A stretch of DNA of 64,000 nucleotides from a virus (taxonomy: Duplodnaviria > Caudoviricetes): IMG/VR virus record IMGVR_UViG_3300032007_000036, positions 67,443 to 131,442 of that record, one strand, 5' to 3'. The position numbers and the translations under genes are program-made. The notes beneath the pieces are model-generated. The model searched no databases. It saw only the letters and a program-made list of their open reading frames with translations, and was not told the DNA's origin. This document shows positions 7,996 through 16,904 of the stretch, in pieces (the first letter of the stretch is position 1; every line of letters starts with the position of its first letter).

Positions 7996-9705
7996 ATGAG
8001 TGAAAATCCCAGTGCAGTCGATCTTGACAACTCTGCAGTTGAGCAGGTGGCAGCAGAACCTGTAACAAGTGAGACTAAAGCTGATCCAGTTGTTCCTGCA
8101 CCTGGATCAGTTCTTCGTGCTGCTGGAGCCGACCCTACTGCTCAGGCTCCTGATGAATCGGCACTTGCTGCTGCTTTGGCTGGTGAATCCGAACAACCTC
8201 TTCCCGCAGAGCAAGAGCTCGCTGATCCCGATGATGATGAGGATGATGAAGGACAGTGGAAGGATCCTGCTGCGGAGTACGTGGACGACAAGTCTCGTGC
8301 ATCCATCCTCGACAAAGACCTTTACCTCAACCAGGTGACTACTGGCAACCGTGATCCTAGGAAGGTTGCTGCAGTTCTCCGCAAGTTCTATCCTACTAAG
8401 GAAGCCCAGGAGAAAGCAGCTCAGGATCCTGTGTCTCTGTACAACCTTCTCTTGATTGCATTCAAGCAGGGTTGGGGAACTAACCAGGCTGCTTCGTACA
8501 GCAGTGCTCTTACTGCCAAGCAGGAAGACGGTTCTGCAGCTATCGACCATCTCGTTGATGTGAAATCTGTTGGTCTTGAGGACAAGACCGCCAAGCGTAT
8601 CAAGCACACCGAAGTCAACCTCACAGGAGATGCTGCGTACAACGCGTTCATGTCCAGGATGTGCGGTTATCGCAAGATCAACCTTCTCAACTCTGGATTC
8701 TGGGTATCTGTTCGTCGTCCTGTGATTGACGAACTACAGGACATGTACGACATTATCGACATGGAGCAGAAGGAACTCGGTTATGCGATAGGTTCACACT
8801 TCGCTCTGTGCACCGACATGTACGTCAAGATGAAGTTCTGCGAACTCTGCATCAAGTTCAAGATCATCGTGGATTCCAACCTGAAGGGTCTGTACAAGGA
8901 TGACAACTTCATTCGTGCTCTGTCGATCCATGACTACGATGTTCTGATGCATGGGGTTCTGTCGCTGATGTCTCGCAAAGGACTTCGTCTCAGGATGGTC
9001 TGCCCTGACTGCTTCAAGTCTTCTGTTGTGGACAACATCGATCTGTCGTCTGCACGTTATGTGAACCTAAACCTCCTCACTCCTGCTGTTCGCGAATGGT
9101 GGAACAAACCTGGCGTGACTCCGGATGGCAAGAGAGTTCTCTACACTCTCAAGGATCTTGAGAACTACCGTGAGAACATCCTCAACTTCAAGATGACGTT
9201 TGAGACGACGATCGGTGAAGCCAAGATCAGGTTCAACATGCGTGTGCCCACCATGTACGAGTTCATTGAGGACGGTCGTATCCTTCTTGGACGTCTGCAG
9301 GAGATCATCGAGAACAGTTCGGATACTGATACTCGTAGGTCTCAGCAGCTGATGTCCAACATCGATGCCCACTTCGTCAAGATGATTTCTCCGTGGGTAA
9401 AGAACACAGAGGAACTTGACGATGACGGTAACGTCGTCACTCGTACAGAAGACTCCAACACTATTCTCAGCATCCTTGATATTGCCACGCAAGAACAGAC
9501 GGATGTTCCGTTTGACAAGTTCACGGAATTCCTTGGCAGAAGCAAGATCACTTACATTGGAACCTACTCTCTCGAGTGTCCTCATTGCCACGCCAAGCCG
9601 GACGTCGGCCTTAAGAATCAGTTTTATCCTCTAGAGGTGCAGACGATTTTTTTCGGCCAAATGTTCCGTCTCTTGCCTGCGGAGCTTACTCAGTCGGCAC
9701 GCTGA
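7996..9705 (+). CDS. Putative baseplate-hub/tail assembly chaperone with two CxxC motifs (T4 gp26-like architecture)
   Basis: 569 aa; acidic N-terminus, CPDC and CPHC, RVPT motif, IFF near the C-terminus at a slippery site. Confidence 0.6.
   Translation: MSENPSAVDLDNSAVEQVAAEPVTSETKADPVVPAPGSVLRAAGADPTAQAPDESALAAALAGESEQPLPAEQELADPDDDEDDEGQWKDPAAEYVDDKSRASILDKDLYLNQVTTGNRDPRKVAAVLRKFYPTKEAQEKAAQDPVSLYNLLLIAFKQGWGTNQAASYSSALTAKQEDGSAAIDHLVDVKSVGLEDKTAKRIKHTEVNLTGDAAYNAFMSRMCGYRKINLLNSGFWVSVRRPVIDELQDMYDIIDMEQKELGYAIGSHFALCTDMYVKMKFCELCIKFKIIVDSNLKGLYKDDNFIRALSIHDYDVLMHGVLSLMSRKGLRLRMVCPDCFKSSVVDNIDLSSARYVNLNLLTPAVREWWNKPGVTPDGKRVLYTLKDLENYRENILNFKMTFETTIGEAKIRFNMRVPTMYEFIEDGRILLGRLQEIIENSSDTDTRRSQQLMSNIDAHFVKMISPWVKNTEELDDDGNVVTRTEDSNTILSILDIATQEQTDVPFDKFTEFLGRSKITYIGTYSLECPHCHAKPDVGLKNQFYPLEVQTIFFGQMFRLLPAELTQSAR
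9648..9654 (+). other. Candidate -1 programmed ribosomal frameshift site T_TTT_TTC
   Basis: X_XXY_YYZ heptamer in frame; the -1 frame is open from 9615 through 10169. Confidence 0.7.
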
Positions 9706-9779
9706 ACCAACTTCAAGCAATAGCAACGTCTGCGCTGCTTAAGAACTTCGAGCGTATCTCTAATGAACCAGATGGTAGA

Positions 9780-10169
9780 GTGAGAGATCTTCTCATTCGC
9801 TTCTGTAACTGCAGCGATATGTTCTGGTTCAAGAATCTAGCTACACCGTGGAAACTACACCAAGTTCATGCGTGGGCTCCAAAGGTTGAGGTAGAAGACC
9901 CTGTTACGCACAAGATCGTTCTGGATGATCCAATACTTCCTAACGACTGGCGTGAGAGGGTCCTCAACCTTTGTGAGTATGAGTTCACGCATCAGAACTT
10001 CGGTCTAGGGTACAAAGATCTCATGGCGATGGATGTGGCAACATTCGAGGAAATCGAAGACAGGGTCCACGCCATGGCATCCAGACGAGCTGACGAGATG
10101 AAGAAACTTTCAAAGCCGGTCGAACAAGGATCTGGTGAAGACATATTGAAAGGAATTAAACAGAAATGA
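9780..10169 (+). CDS. Hypothetical protein, probably the frameshift extension of 7996-9705 (T4 gp51/gpT-like role)
   Basis: GTG start without a clear SD; frame is open ~165 nt upstream across the slippery site. Confidence 0.7.
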   Translation: MRDLLIRFCNCSDMFWFKNLATPWKLHQVHAWAPKVEVEDPVTHKIVLDDPILPNDWRERVLNLCEYEFTHQNFGLGYKDLMAMDVATFEEIEDRVHAMASRRADEMKKLSKPVEQGSGEDILKGIKQK

Positions 10170-12220
10170 CAAGGACCGAAATGCCTCCTGCCCAGAGGAT
10201 GATCCTTAACAGTAATCAGGGGATTGTCAACATCATCGAGAGCGAAACTATCCGCAAGGACATGTGGAGAATCGTTGATGAGATCTTCTCCAAGCTCAAG
10301 GATCACTATGGACCGTACAGTATGTTCGCTGGTCTTGACGACAACACACCTTTGTCTGACTCTGTGTTCACAAAGGACGGTGCAAATATTGTCAAGAACA
10401 TCAGCTACTCCAGTCCTCTTGAAGACTGGATGAGGAGAGCGATCCTGTACATCGGTACGAACATCGAGAAGTCTGCTGGAGACGGAACCACGTCTTCGAT
10501 GATGTTCGCATGCTCTATGTTGAAGCACATGAACTCCAGCATAGATGCACTCAAACCAATCAACTACTCGCAGTTCAGGGATGCCTGGGCTGAGTTCGTC
10601 AAGGAAGTTGAAGAGCGTACCAAGAAATACATCTTCTCTGCCAAGAACTCCAATGGTGAGTACGATCCCAAGAAGGTAAGGGATATTGTATACATGCAGG
10701 CTTACACGTCATCCCACGGTGACAAGGAGCTTGCTGAGGCGGTAGCAACTATCTTCGAGGATACTCCTTCTCACATGTGGGCGAAGATGGGATTTGGTCG
10801 CCGTCGCTATGAATCCAAGAAACGGTTCGAGGTTATCGAGCAGGAACAGCAGTACCTGATGGAAACCGAGATCATGTCCAAGACTGTGTTCAACAAGGAC
10901 ATGGGTCGTTACTTGGAGTACGAGAATGCAACTCTCATCGTCATAAACGGATCGATCAGTATAGACTCTGTCTGGTGGCCGAAGATCAAGGAAGTTCTCG
11001 AGAAGTCGACAAAAGAAAAACCTGCAGTTATTCTGTGCTACAACGACTTCGACAATGCGACGTTCGCTGAACTCATGAGGATGACTTCCGTCAACACGGA
11101 AGAGGAGCATTACTGTTTCGCAGTGTTCGGTAACAAACCGGTTCACCCGACTGTTAACGACTTCACTGTCATTCAGGCTATCGCTGGTGCCAATGTCCTT
11201 GAGTACACCAACGGTGAGTTCACCGAGAAGCCGATGTTCATTGACAACGTGTACGTCAAGTACGAGTTCAAGAGACTTGAGCTTGGTAACTTGTACGATG
11301 ATCCTCGTCCTAAAGCAAGGATGATTCGTGAACGTCCGTTCTACAATGATCCGGCTAAAGCTTTCTACCGTGAGTTTGCTGACACCATTCAGAAGTTCAT
11401 CGAGTCTTACGAGATGGCTGACCTTGATGCTCTCAAGCAGAAGGAGCTCAGTAACCACAAGGAGATGTACAACAGGCTCCGTTACGACAAGACTATAACG
11501 CTGATCATTGGTGGCAACACCTTCGATAACCTTGCGATGTTTGATGTCGTTGACGATGTCATCCGTGCTTCTATCCGTACGCTCGAGAATGGAGCAGTCC
11601 TGTCTAACAACAAGACTACCTATCGGGTTATGGAGGAGATGCTGGAAGACTACTCCAAGAAGGAGGAGCTTACTCCGCAGGAGAGGACTATCCGTTGGTT
11701 CGCTGCCAACACTAAAGCTGCATTCGAAGAGTTCGCTGCTGTTGTGATGGAACAGCTGTATCCTCATGGTACTCAGGGAGTTAGTGGTGCTGTACCAGCA
11801 TCGCTCTTCTCTCGTCTCGGTGGGTTCTTCAGTACTGACATTGATCCTATCACTGGACTTCCCAAGAACAACTACGAATCTTGCTGCATGAGTGAATTCT
11901 TCATGTCTGACAAGGTGAAGTATGCGTTCAGCGAGAAGGACAAACGCGATTTCTGCGACTGGTGGTTCCACCATGCTGTTGACTTGCTCAAGTACGACAG
12001 CAAGCAGTTGTGGGATTGTCAGGACTGGCAGAACGCTGTTGATGTCCGTGATCCGATGGCTAACCTTGAGTTCGGTCCCTTCTGGTTCATCATACAGCCG
12101 GCCAACGCCGACATTGTTATGCTAGACAGATTCGGCGAGATCGCTCTTAAGTTCATCCTTACCGAGCGCATCATCGTTAAAGATGCAGCATACATCAACA
12201 AGAAGGGCTCTAAGAAATGA
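10166..12220 (+). CDS. Divergent GroEL-like chaperonin (Cpn60 family)
   Basis: YGP, TKDGANIV, AGDGTTS ATP-binding motif, and DDVIRA..LENG equivalent of the GroEL catalytic Asp region. Confidence 0.85.
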   Translation: MTRTEMPPAQRMILNSNQGIVNIIESETIRKDMWRIVDEIFSKLKDHYGPYSMFAGLDDNTPLSDSVFTKDGANIVKNISYSSPLEDWMRRAILYIGTNIEKSAGDGTTSSMMFACSMLKHMNSSIDALKPINYSQFRDAWAEFVKEVEERTKKYIFSAKNSNGEYDPKKVRDIVYMQAYTSSHGDKELAEAVATIFEDTPSHMWAKMGFGRRRYESKKRFEVIEQEQQYLMETEIMSKTVFNKDMGRYLEYENATLIVINGSISIDSVWWPKIKEVLEKSTKEKPAVILCYNDFDNATFAELMRMTSVNTEEEHYCFAVFGNKPVHPTVNDFTVIQAIAGANVLEYTNGEFTEKPMFIDNVYVKYEFKRLELGNLYDDPRPKARMIRERPFYNDPAKAFYREFADTIQKFIESYEMADLDALKQKELSNHKEMYNRLRYDKTITLIIGGNTFDNLAMFDVVDDVIRASIRTLENGAVLSNNKTTYRVMEEMLEDYSKKEELTPQERTIRWFAANTKAAFEEFAAVVMEQLYPHGTQGVSGAVPASLFSRLGGFFSTDIDPITGLPKNNYESCCMSEFFMSDKVKYAFSEKDKRDFCDWWFHHAVDLLKYDSKQLWDCQDWQNAVDVRDPMANLEFGPFWFIIQPANADIVMLDRFGEIALKFILTERIIVKDAAYINKKGSKK

Positions 12221-12609
12221 TTACCGCACTCAACAACGTACAGCTCAACATCAACATTGAAGTCAAGTTCACCCTCAAGAGCTTGGTGGATAAGCAGGTG
12301 TGGAGAGGTCGTATCATCGGCGTCTGCGGCTTTGATGTCGCGATGCAGTACAACGATGTTGTCGCTACTCACAACAACATGCCCGCAGCAGTTGCCAAAC
12401 AGGAACCTGTGTCTCTTACATACATCCTGGTCAAGTGCACTGATGGTCAGATTAGACCGTTCGCTACTGCGTGGATCAATGAGTCTGAGTTCGAGCGCAC
12501 AGACAACGTTACGGATGTGACTGTTATCATCCACAACGTGACAGACACGTCCAAGGCAAAGATACTCACTGAGATCCGTGATCTCGGATTCGAGGTTACT
12601 GTGGTGTAA
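12217..12609 (+). CDS. Conserved phiKZ-like phage small protein
   Basis: 130 aa; Y.L.K..DG....FA..WI.ES and C-terminal IRDLGF pattern, recalled from phiKZ-like phages; ATGA overlap with the chaperonin. Confidence 0.6.
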   Translation: MITALNNVQLNINIEVKFTLKSLVDKQVWRGRIIGVCGFDVAMQYNDVVATHNNMPAAVAKQEPVSLTYILVKCTDGQIRPFATAWINESEFERTDNVTDVTVIIHNVTDTSKAKILTEIRDLGFEVTVV

Positions 12610-12626
12610 AAGAAACAAACAAGTTG

Positions 12627-12662
12627 ACCAGATGGGGCTCCCTTGCGGGAGCCCCATCTGGT
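12627..12662. terminator. Bidirectional terminator between convergent genes
   Basis: 16-bp stem ACCAGATGGGGCTCCC/GGGAGCCCCATCTGGT with A-rich and T-rich flanks. Confidence 0.85.
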
Positions 12663-12674
12663 TACCTGTTCTTT

Positions 12675-13973
12675 TTATTTCTTATTTGCAGCATCGTTGA
12701 TCTTGGTAACGATCCTGTTACACAGAGTGCGGATACGTTCCATGTCAGTGACGCAGTAGCTGATGTGCATGACAACCTCAGCCACCCACTGTCCTTGTTT
12801 CTGGAGACCACGTTCAAGATTGGTGTCAGCTCCAGTTCCCATCTCACGGGAAGTCTTCAGGTTGTTTGCGTGCGCACGAGCAATTTCGCCTACCTGAGTC
12901 AGGAACACCTTGGACTCATTAATGTACTTGATGATACCATCCTGGTTCTCCATGCCAGAGCGGAGAAGAACCGATTTACAAGCGATGAGAAGGTTCTTGT
13001 AGTCTTCCTCATTCTTGAACACGGTGGTGTAATCAATGGCAGCAATGCTGGTATCCAGAACACCCTTGTTGAAGAAGATCGTCCCACCATTGTTCGTGAT
13101 AGAATAACCAGCTTTCTCAAGCATTGACTTGAGAGGACGAGGATTGTCCAAGAACCGAGTTCCGATGAATCCAACGATCGGGCTGGTCTTGATGACCTCA
13201 GCAGGATTGGACTCAATGTTCTCCATGAGTTTCTTCATAATGGCGTTGGGTGGGTTACGACCCTCACCACAGTACTCAAGGAACTTGCTGTCGACCAGAT
13301 CAGAAGGACCATTGACAGGAGACTTGGTTCCGCACACCTGAGGTGTCGTACGGCAGAGAGAGGTTGCAATGTTCATGTCAATGCAGAACCTGCTGATGAG
13401 CTCACGGATATCTAAGTTTAGACCTCCGCGACTACCAGCATCATTGACGGCTTTACCGATACGAAGTATACGTTCTTCAGTCGTTTCACCAGAATTGACA
13501 ATCTGGAGAGTCTTGATGCACTTGTCGATGATGTGAGTGTCACCTCTCCAAACACGGATAAGGCGGCTGAGGAATCCGACGATACGGTTGAACATATCGA
13601 CGATCCAGTCCCAGATCTTCTTGAGGATGGTTCCGATGGTGGCGAAGAGACCTTCCATGCAGACAGCACCCTTTTCCTCGTCAGTACCGAGAAGGTTAAC
13701 GAGCTCGACATTGGTGTTCTCAAGGAACGAACCGTCTTCGTTGACGAGGTTGAACCACTCGTCGGAGTAACCGTTGGCTTCTAGCGAACCCTTGATGGTG
13801 TCAAGAGCCTCAAGAGTAGCTACGAGCTGCTTGCCCATGAGGACGTTCTCGGCAAGCTGTTCTCTCGCCTCAGCGATCTGAACCTTGAGTTCGTCACAGT
13901 CCGGAAGTGAGTTGAGCAGCTGAGATGTTCTCTGGTTGATTGAACTCAGAGAAGTTCTGATTGATAGATTCAT
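12675..13973 (-). CDS. Inner head protein paralogue (phiKZ gp93-like family)
   Basis: Acidic propeptide, then CMEG followed by an amphipathic helix ILKKIWDWIVDMF. Confidence 0.7.
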   Translation of the reverse strand: MNLSIRTSLSSINQRTSQLLNSLPDCDELKVQIAEAREQLAENVLMGKQLVATLEALDTIKGSLEANGYSDEWFNLVNEDGSFLENTNVELVNLLGTDEEKGAVCMEGLFATIGTILKKIWDWIVDMFNRIVGFLSRLIRVWRGDTHIIDKCIKTLQIVNSGETTEERILRIGKAVNDAGSRGGLNLDIRELISRFCIDMNIATSLCRTTPQVCGTKSPVNGPSDLVDSKFLEYCGEGRNPPNAIMKKLMENIESNPAEVIKTSPIVGFIGTRFLDNPRPLKSMLEKAGYSITNNGGTIFFNKGVLDTSIAAIDYTTVFKNEEDYKNLLIACKSVLLRSGMENQDGIIKYINESKVFLTQVGEIARAHANNLKTSREMGTGADTNLERGLQKQGQWVAEVVMHISYCVTDMERIRTLCNRIVTKINDAANKK

Positions 13974-15550
13974 GATTTGTTTCCTGAAAGTTGTTTGAAC
14001 TTAGCCTCAAAGTATCCGAGGAGGTTATCACTCAGCTGATGGATATCAGTCATGAGTTCCTCCAGTTCCTGTTCGGCCCTACCGTTGGTGAACCAAGCGA
14101 TGAACGACGGCAGTGAGCAGTACTTCATGAAGAGTCGATACTTCTTCTGCATCAACTCGAAGTACTTGTCACTTCTGGATACGTTGTCAATGGTCGTGAG
14201 TATCGTCTCTATGTCCTTGATGTACTTGTCGACATACTCAGCCGAAGCTCCGTGGATCTTGAGCTGCTTGACAGAATGGTTGAGGATCTCTCTGTAACGC
14301 TCACTCGTTGGAGGATACGACCTGAAGGTATAATCACCGAAAGACTGCTGTACCCAAAACAGAAGTCTGAGTTTAGCATACAGACCGAGAGCTTTACCTT
14401 GAGCCTCTTCCTTGAGTAGAGCGGCAATATCTTTCTCAGACTTGCCTATCATTCCATAGAACTTCGTGATCTTCTCCAGAGCCGTAACTTGGTCTGCGCC
14501 GAATCCATGAGTGAATGCGTATTCATCTGCTTTGCGCTCCTGCCAAGTCCACATACGTTCACTTACAGGAAGATCAGCCAGCTTCTTCTTCTGTCCGTCA
14601 CGAAGTCTAAGTAAAAAACGCGTTCTGTCAGTAATAAGTAGATCCAGTGCTCCAGACAGGACAACCGACAACAGATAGAAAGCAGAACCTATCGTGCTAC
14701 CGATGAACGAAGCACGTGTAGGAGCAGGCATCCTCTGACCAGATGACTGATAGTCTTTCTCAGCCTGAGTTACAGCCTTAAGTAATCCAGCAGCTTCCTT
14801 GGTGTAGCCATTGGAAGAAGCAATGTTCGCAACTCTCTTGCCAAGTTCAATCGACTTCTCTACAGTAGCAGTCTTCTTGAAGTAGGCTTCAAGAGTCCTG
14901 AATGTAGCAGCACGAGCATACAGATCAGCAGCGTGTTCGACGAGGGTTAGGTTGTGTCCGATCTCGTGAAGCATGATAGCGGTAAGCTCACGGGCAGTGA
15001 GGTACTCAGCTCCACTGTTCTTGGGAAGATAGTCAACACTCAGAAATCCGAGAGACAGATCGAAACCGATTGCACAACGAACGATCTTCTTGATCTGTTC
15101 ACGATGCTCAGGTTTGATGATGCCCTTCTCGACATCATAGCTCTTAGCGAGAGCGATCAACTCATCCACAGTGAATTCCTCACCACGGAGAGAAGTGAAC
15201 CAATCACTAGCCTGACCATTGAGGCTGTCAACGATCTGACTTGTACCACGTGCAGTGAGCTCGTCACCCTTCTGTATGCAGATCCACGTGCAGAAGCTGA
15301 CCTCAAAATTCGGTTTGAAGAACACGGCTTCTATATTCAGTCCAGTGTTCTTGTAGACGATGTCGATGAAGCGCTTGGCTATCTTCTTAGCGAAGAAGTT
15401 CTGAATCGAAGTCAGTCTTCCCTGGAAAGACACACCGTTCAGATCGTTATCCCGGTAGTCTATAACTTCCTGGAATAGAGCTGTCAGCTCATCACCGATC
15501 TTGGATCGGGTGACGGCCGACATAGCTTCTAAAGATGGTGAAAAACGCAT
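13970..15550 (-). CDS. Virion protein with a zincin HEXXH motif (phiKZ gp86-like)
   Basis: ELTAIMLHEIGH and QERKADEYA (M48-like); N-terminal SLE cleavage motif. Confidence 0.75.
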   Translation of the reverse strand: MRFSPSLEAMSAVTRSKIGDELTALFQEVIDYRDNDLNGVSFQGRLTSIQNFFAKKIAKRFIDIVYKNTGLNIEAVFFKPNFEVSFCTWICIQKGDELTARGTSQIVDSLNGQASDWFTSLRGEEFTVDELIALAKSYDVEKGIIKPEHREQIKKIVRCAIGFDLSLGFLSVDYLPKNSGAEYLTARELTAIMLHEIGHNLTLVEHAADLYARAATFRTLEAYFKKTATVEKSIELGKRVANIASSNGYTKEAAGLLKAVTQAEKDYQSSGQRMPAPTRASFIGSTIGSAFYLLSVVLSGALDLLITDRTRFLLRLRDGQKKKLADLPVSERMWTWQERKADEYAFTHGFGADQVTALEKITKFYGMIGKSEKDIAALLKEEAQGKALGLYAKLRLLFWVQQSFGDYTFRSYPPTSERYREILNHSVKQLKIHGASAEYVDKYIKDIETILTTIDNVSRSDKYFELMQKKYRLFMKYCSLPSFIAWFTNGRAEQELEELMTDIHQLSDNLLGYFEAKFKQLSGNKS

Positions 15551-15649
15551 AAATGCTCTTTCTTAAAGTTGTTGATTTTAGTTATATTATCGTCTATTTA
15601 GTAGGCACTTTTACCAAAAATGACAGCAAAAAATGAAGAGATGAATAGA

Positions 15650-15685
15650 GGTACACACGGGGCACCGAAATGCCCCGTGTGTACC
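15650..15685 (-). terminator. Intrinsic terminator
   Basis: GGTACACACGGGGCA/TGCCCCGTGTGTACC stem; T-rich tract downstream on the minus strand. Confidence 0.75.
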
Positions 15686-15709
15686 GGTTGACTTGGACGG
15701 AGGGACTCC

Positions 15710-15835
15710 TTAGATACATGCTACGAGCATGCACCTGGAGACCATGAGTTTACTTACACCGAAGTGCATGATCAAGGGCGTTGACTCAACGCTACCTATC
15801 AACATGCTCCCCAACAGTGCCGGTAGACTAATCAT
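15710..15835 (-). CDS. 41-aa hydrophobic small protein (not in ORF track)
   Basis: MISLPALLGSMLIGSVESTPLIMHFGVSKLMVSRCMLVACI; GGAGG SD; GTATATATCAC promoter-like motif upstream; terminator downstream. Confidence 0.55.
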   Translation of the reverse strand: MISLPALLGSMLIGSVESTPLIMHFGVSKLMVSRCMLVACI

Positions 15836-15902
15836 GTTTAACCTCCATTCTTCAATCGCTTTGCCATCATGGCTTAGCAAATTAGTGATATATACTCAAC
15901 CG

Positions 15903-16904
15903 TTAATCATCTTCATTGGGGATCTGACCCTTCTGAAGAGTAGCGGCATCGCGAGCAGCTCTACCGATAACAGTGTCGATAGTAGCCACACGCTTGGTAA
16001 GTATCACCAGACCTGCTTGCGTGAAATTGAGAACTTTGGTCTTGAACACGAGTTTCTTCTGAGTTTCAGAAAGAGTGACGTCATCTGCTCCATCGGAGAC
16101 CTTGTTGTTGATCTGCCGTTTCAGTTCATTGATATCACTCTCCAGTTCGCGTTCAATGTTCTTGAGTTTGACAGCTGCTCCGCAGAGGTTGACATATGCA
16201 ACACATACAGAGTTAGCCTTCTTTAGAGACCACCCGCATGTGCCGTACGTACCAGAGATAACCTCAATGTTCTCGCTATCAGCATCAAGGAACTGTGTAC
16301 CGTTGAACTTGATTCCGCATCGTTCAGATTCACGAGTGATGTACATATCGACCCCCTCTGAGTCTCTGAACTCATTTGCGTCCCTAAGCATAAGTACGAT
16401 TTGGTGTGTGTGAGATATGTACTTATCAAGATCTTCCGGATTGACAGTGTCGAATACCTCAAGGTTAGCGAACTTGTCCGCTACTCCAGAAGTGGAGTCG
16501 GCCAACATGAACATCTGCCTGTACTTGACAGCTGTCGACGCTGCGCGGTACTGGGAGTTGAACATCCACCTGAAACAGTGCTTAACACCGTCCCAAAGCT
16601 TGAGAAGCATACGCCAGAGTTCAGAGATGACGCGCTTGACGATCTCCCACGCAGACTCTTCAGCTGCGCTGATCTCAATCACGTTCTCAGAGAACATGGA
16701 GCAGATATCCTCGTAGTCCTTGATGTAGTCAAGAACTTCAGTAGCAACAGGATCGTTCATCTTGTACTGCTTGGATAACCTGTCCGTAATGTCAATGCCT
16801 CTGTTGATCGCTTGTACAAGGATGTTAGAGCGACGGAACTCCTCGTCTATCTCTGCAGCATTGATGCGCAGATAACCGTTGGTTGTGTAGGAAAGTGTCA
16901 TCAC
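15903..16904 (-). CDS. Inner head protein paralogue
   Basis: SAAEES followed by the helix WEIVKRVISELWRMLLKLWDGVKHCFRWMF. Confidence 0.7.
   Translation of the reverse strand: MMTLSYTTNGYLRINAAEIDEEFRRSNILVQAINRGIDITDRLSKQYKMNDPVATEVLDYIKDYEDICSMFSENVIEISAAEESAWEIVKRVISELWRMLLKLWDGVKHCFRWMFNSQYRAASTAVKYRQMFMLADSTSGVADKFANLEVFDTVNPEDLDKYISHTHQIVLMLRDANEFRDSEGVDMYITRESERCGIKFNGTQFLDADSENIEVISGTYGTCGWSLKKANSVCVAYVNLCGAAVKLKNIERELESDINELKRQINNKVSDGADDVTLSETQKKLVFKTKVLNFTQAGLVILTKRVATIDTVIGRAARDAATLQKGQIPNEDD

Noticed and set aside
10709-11974. Long antisense ORFs (also 2799-3719, 20722-21951, 24773-25831, 45332-46420, 57972-58796)
   Set aside because: Shadow frames of strongly codon-biased genes; no SD or motifs, and atypical composition
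12217-12609. GroES co-chaperonin next to the GroEL-like gene
   Set aside because: No PL.DRV or mobile-loop GGI motif; it resembles a different conserved phiKZ-like protein
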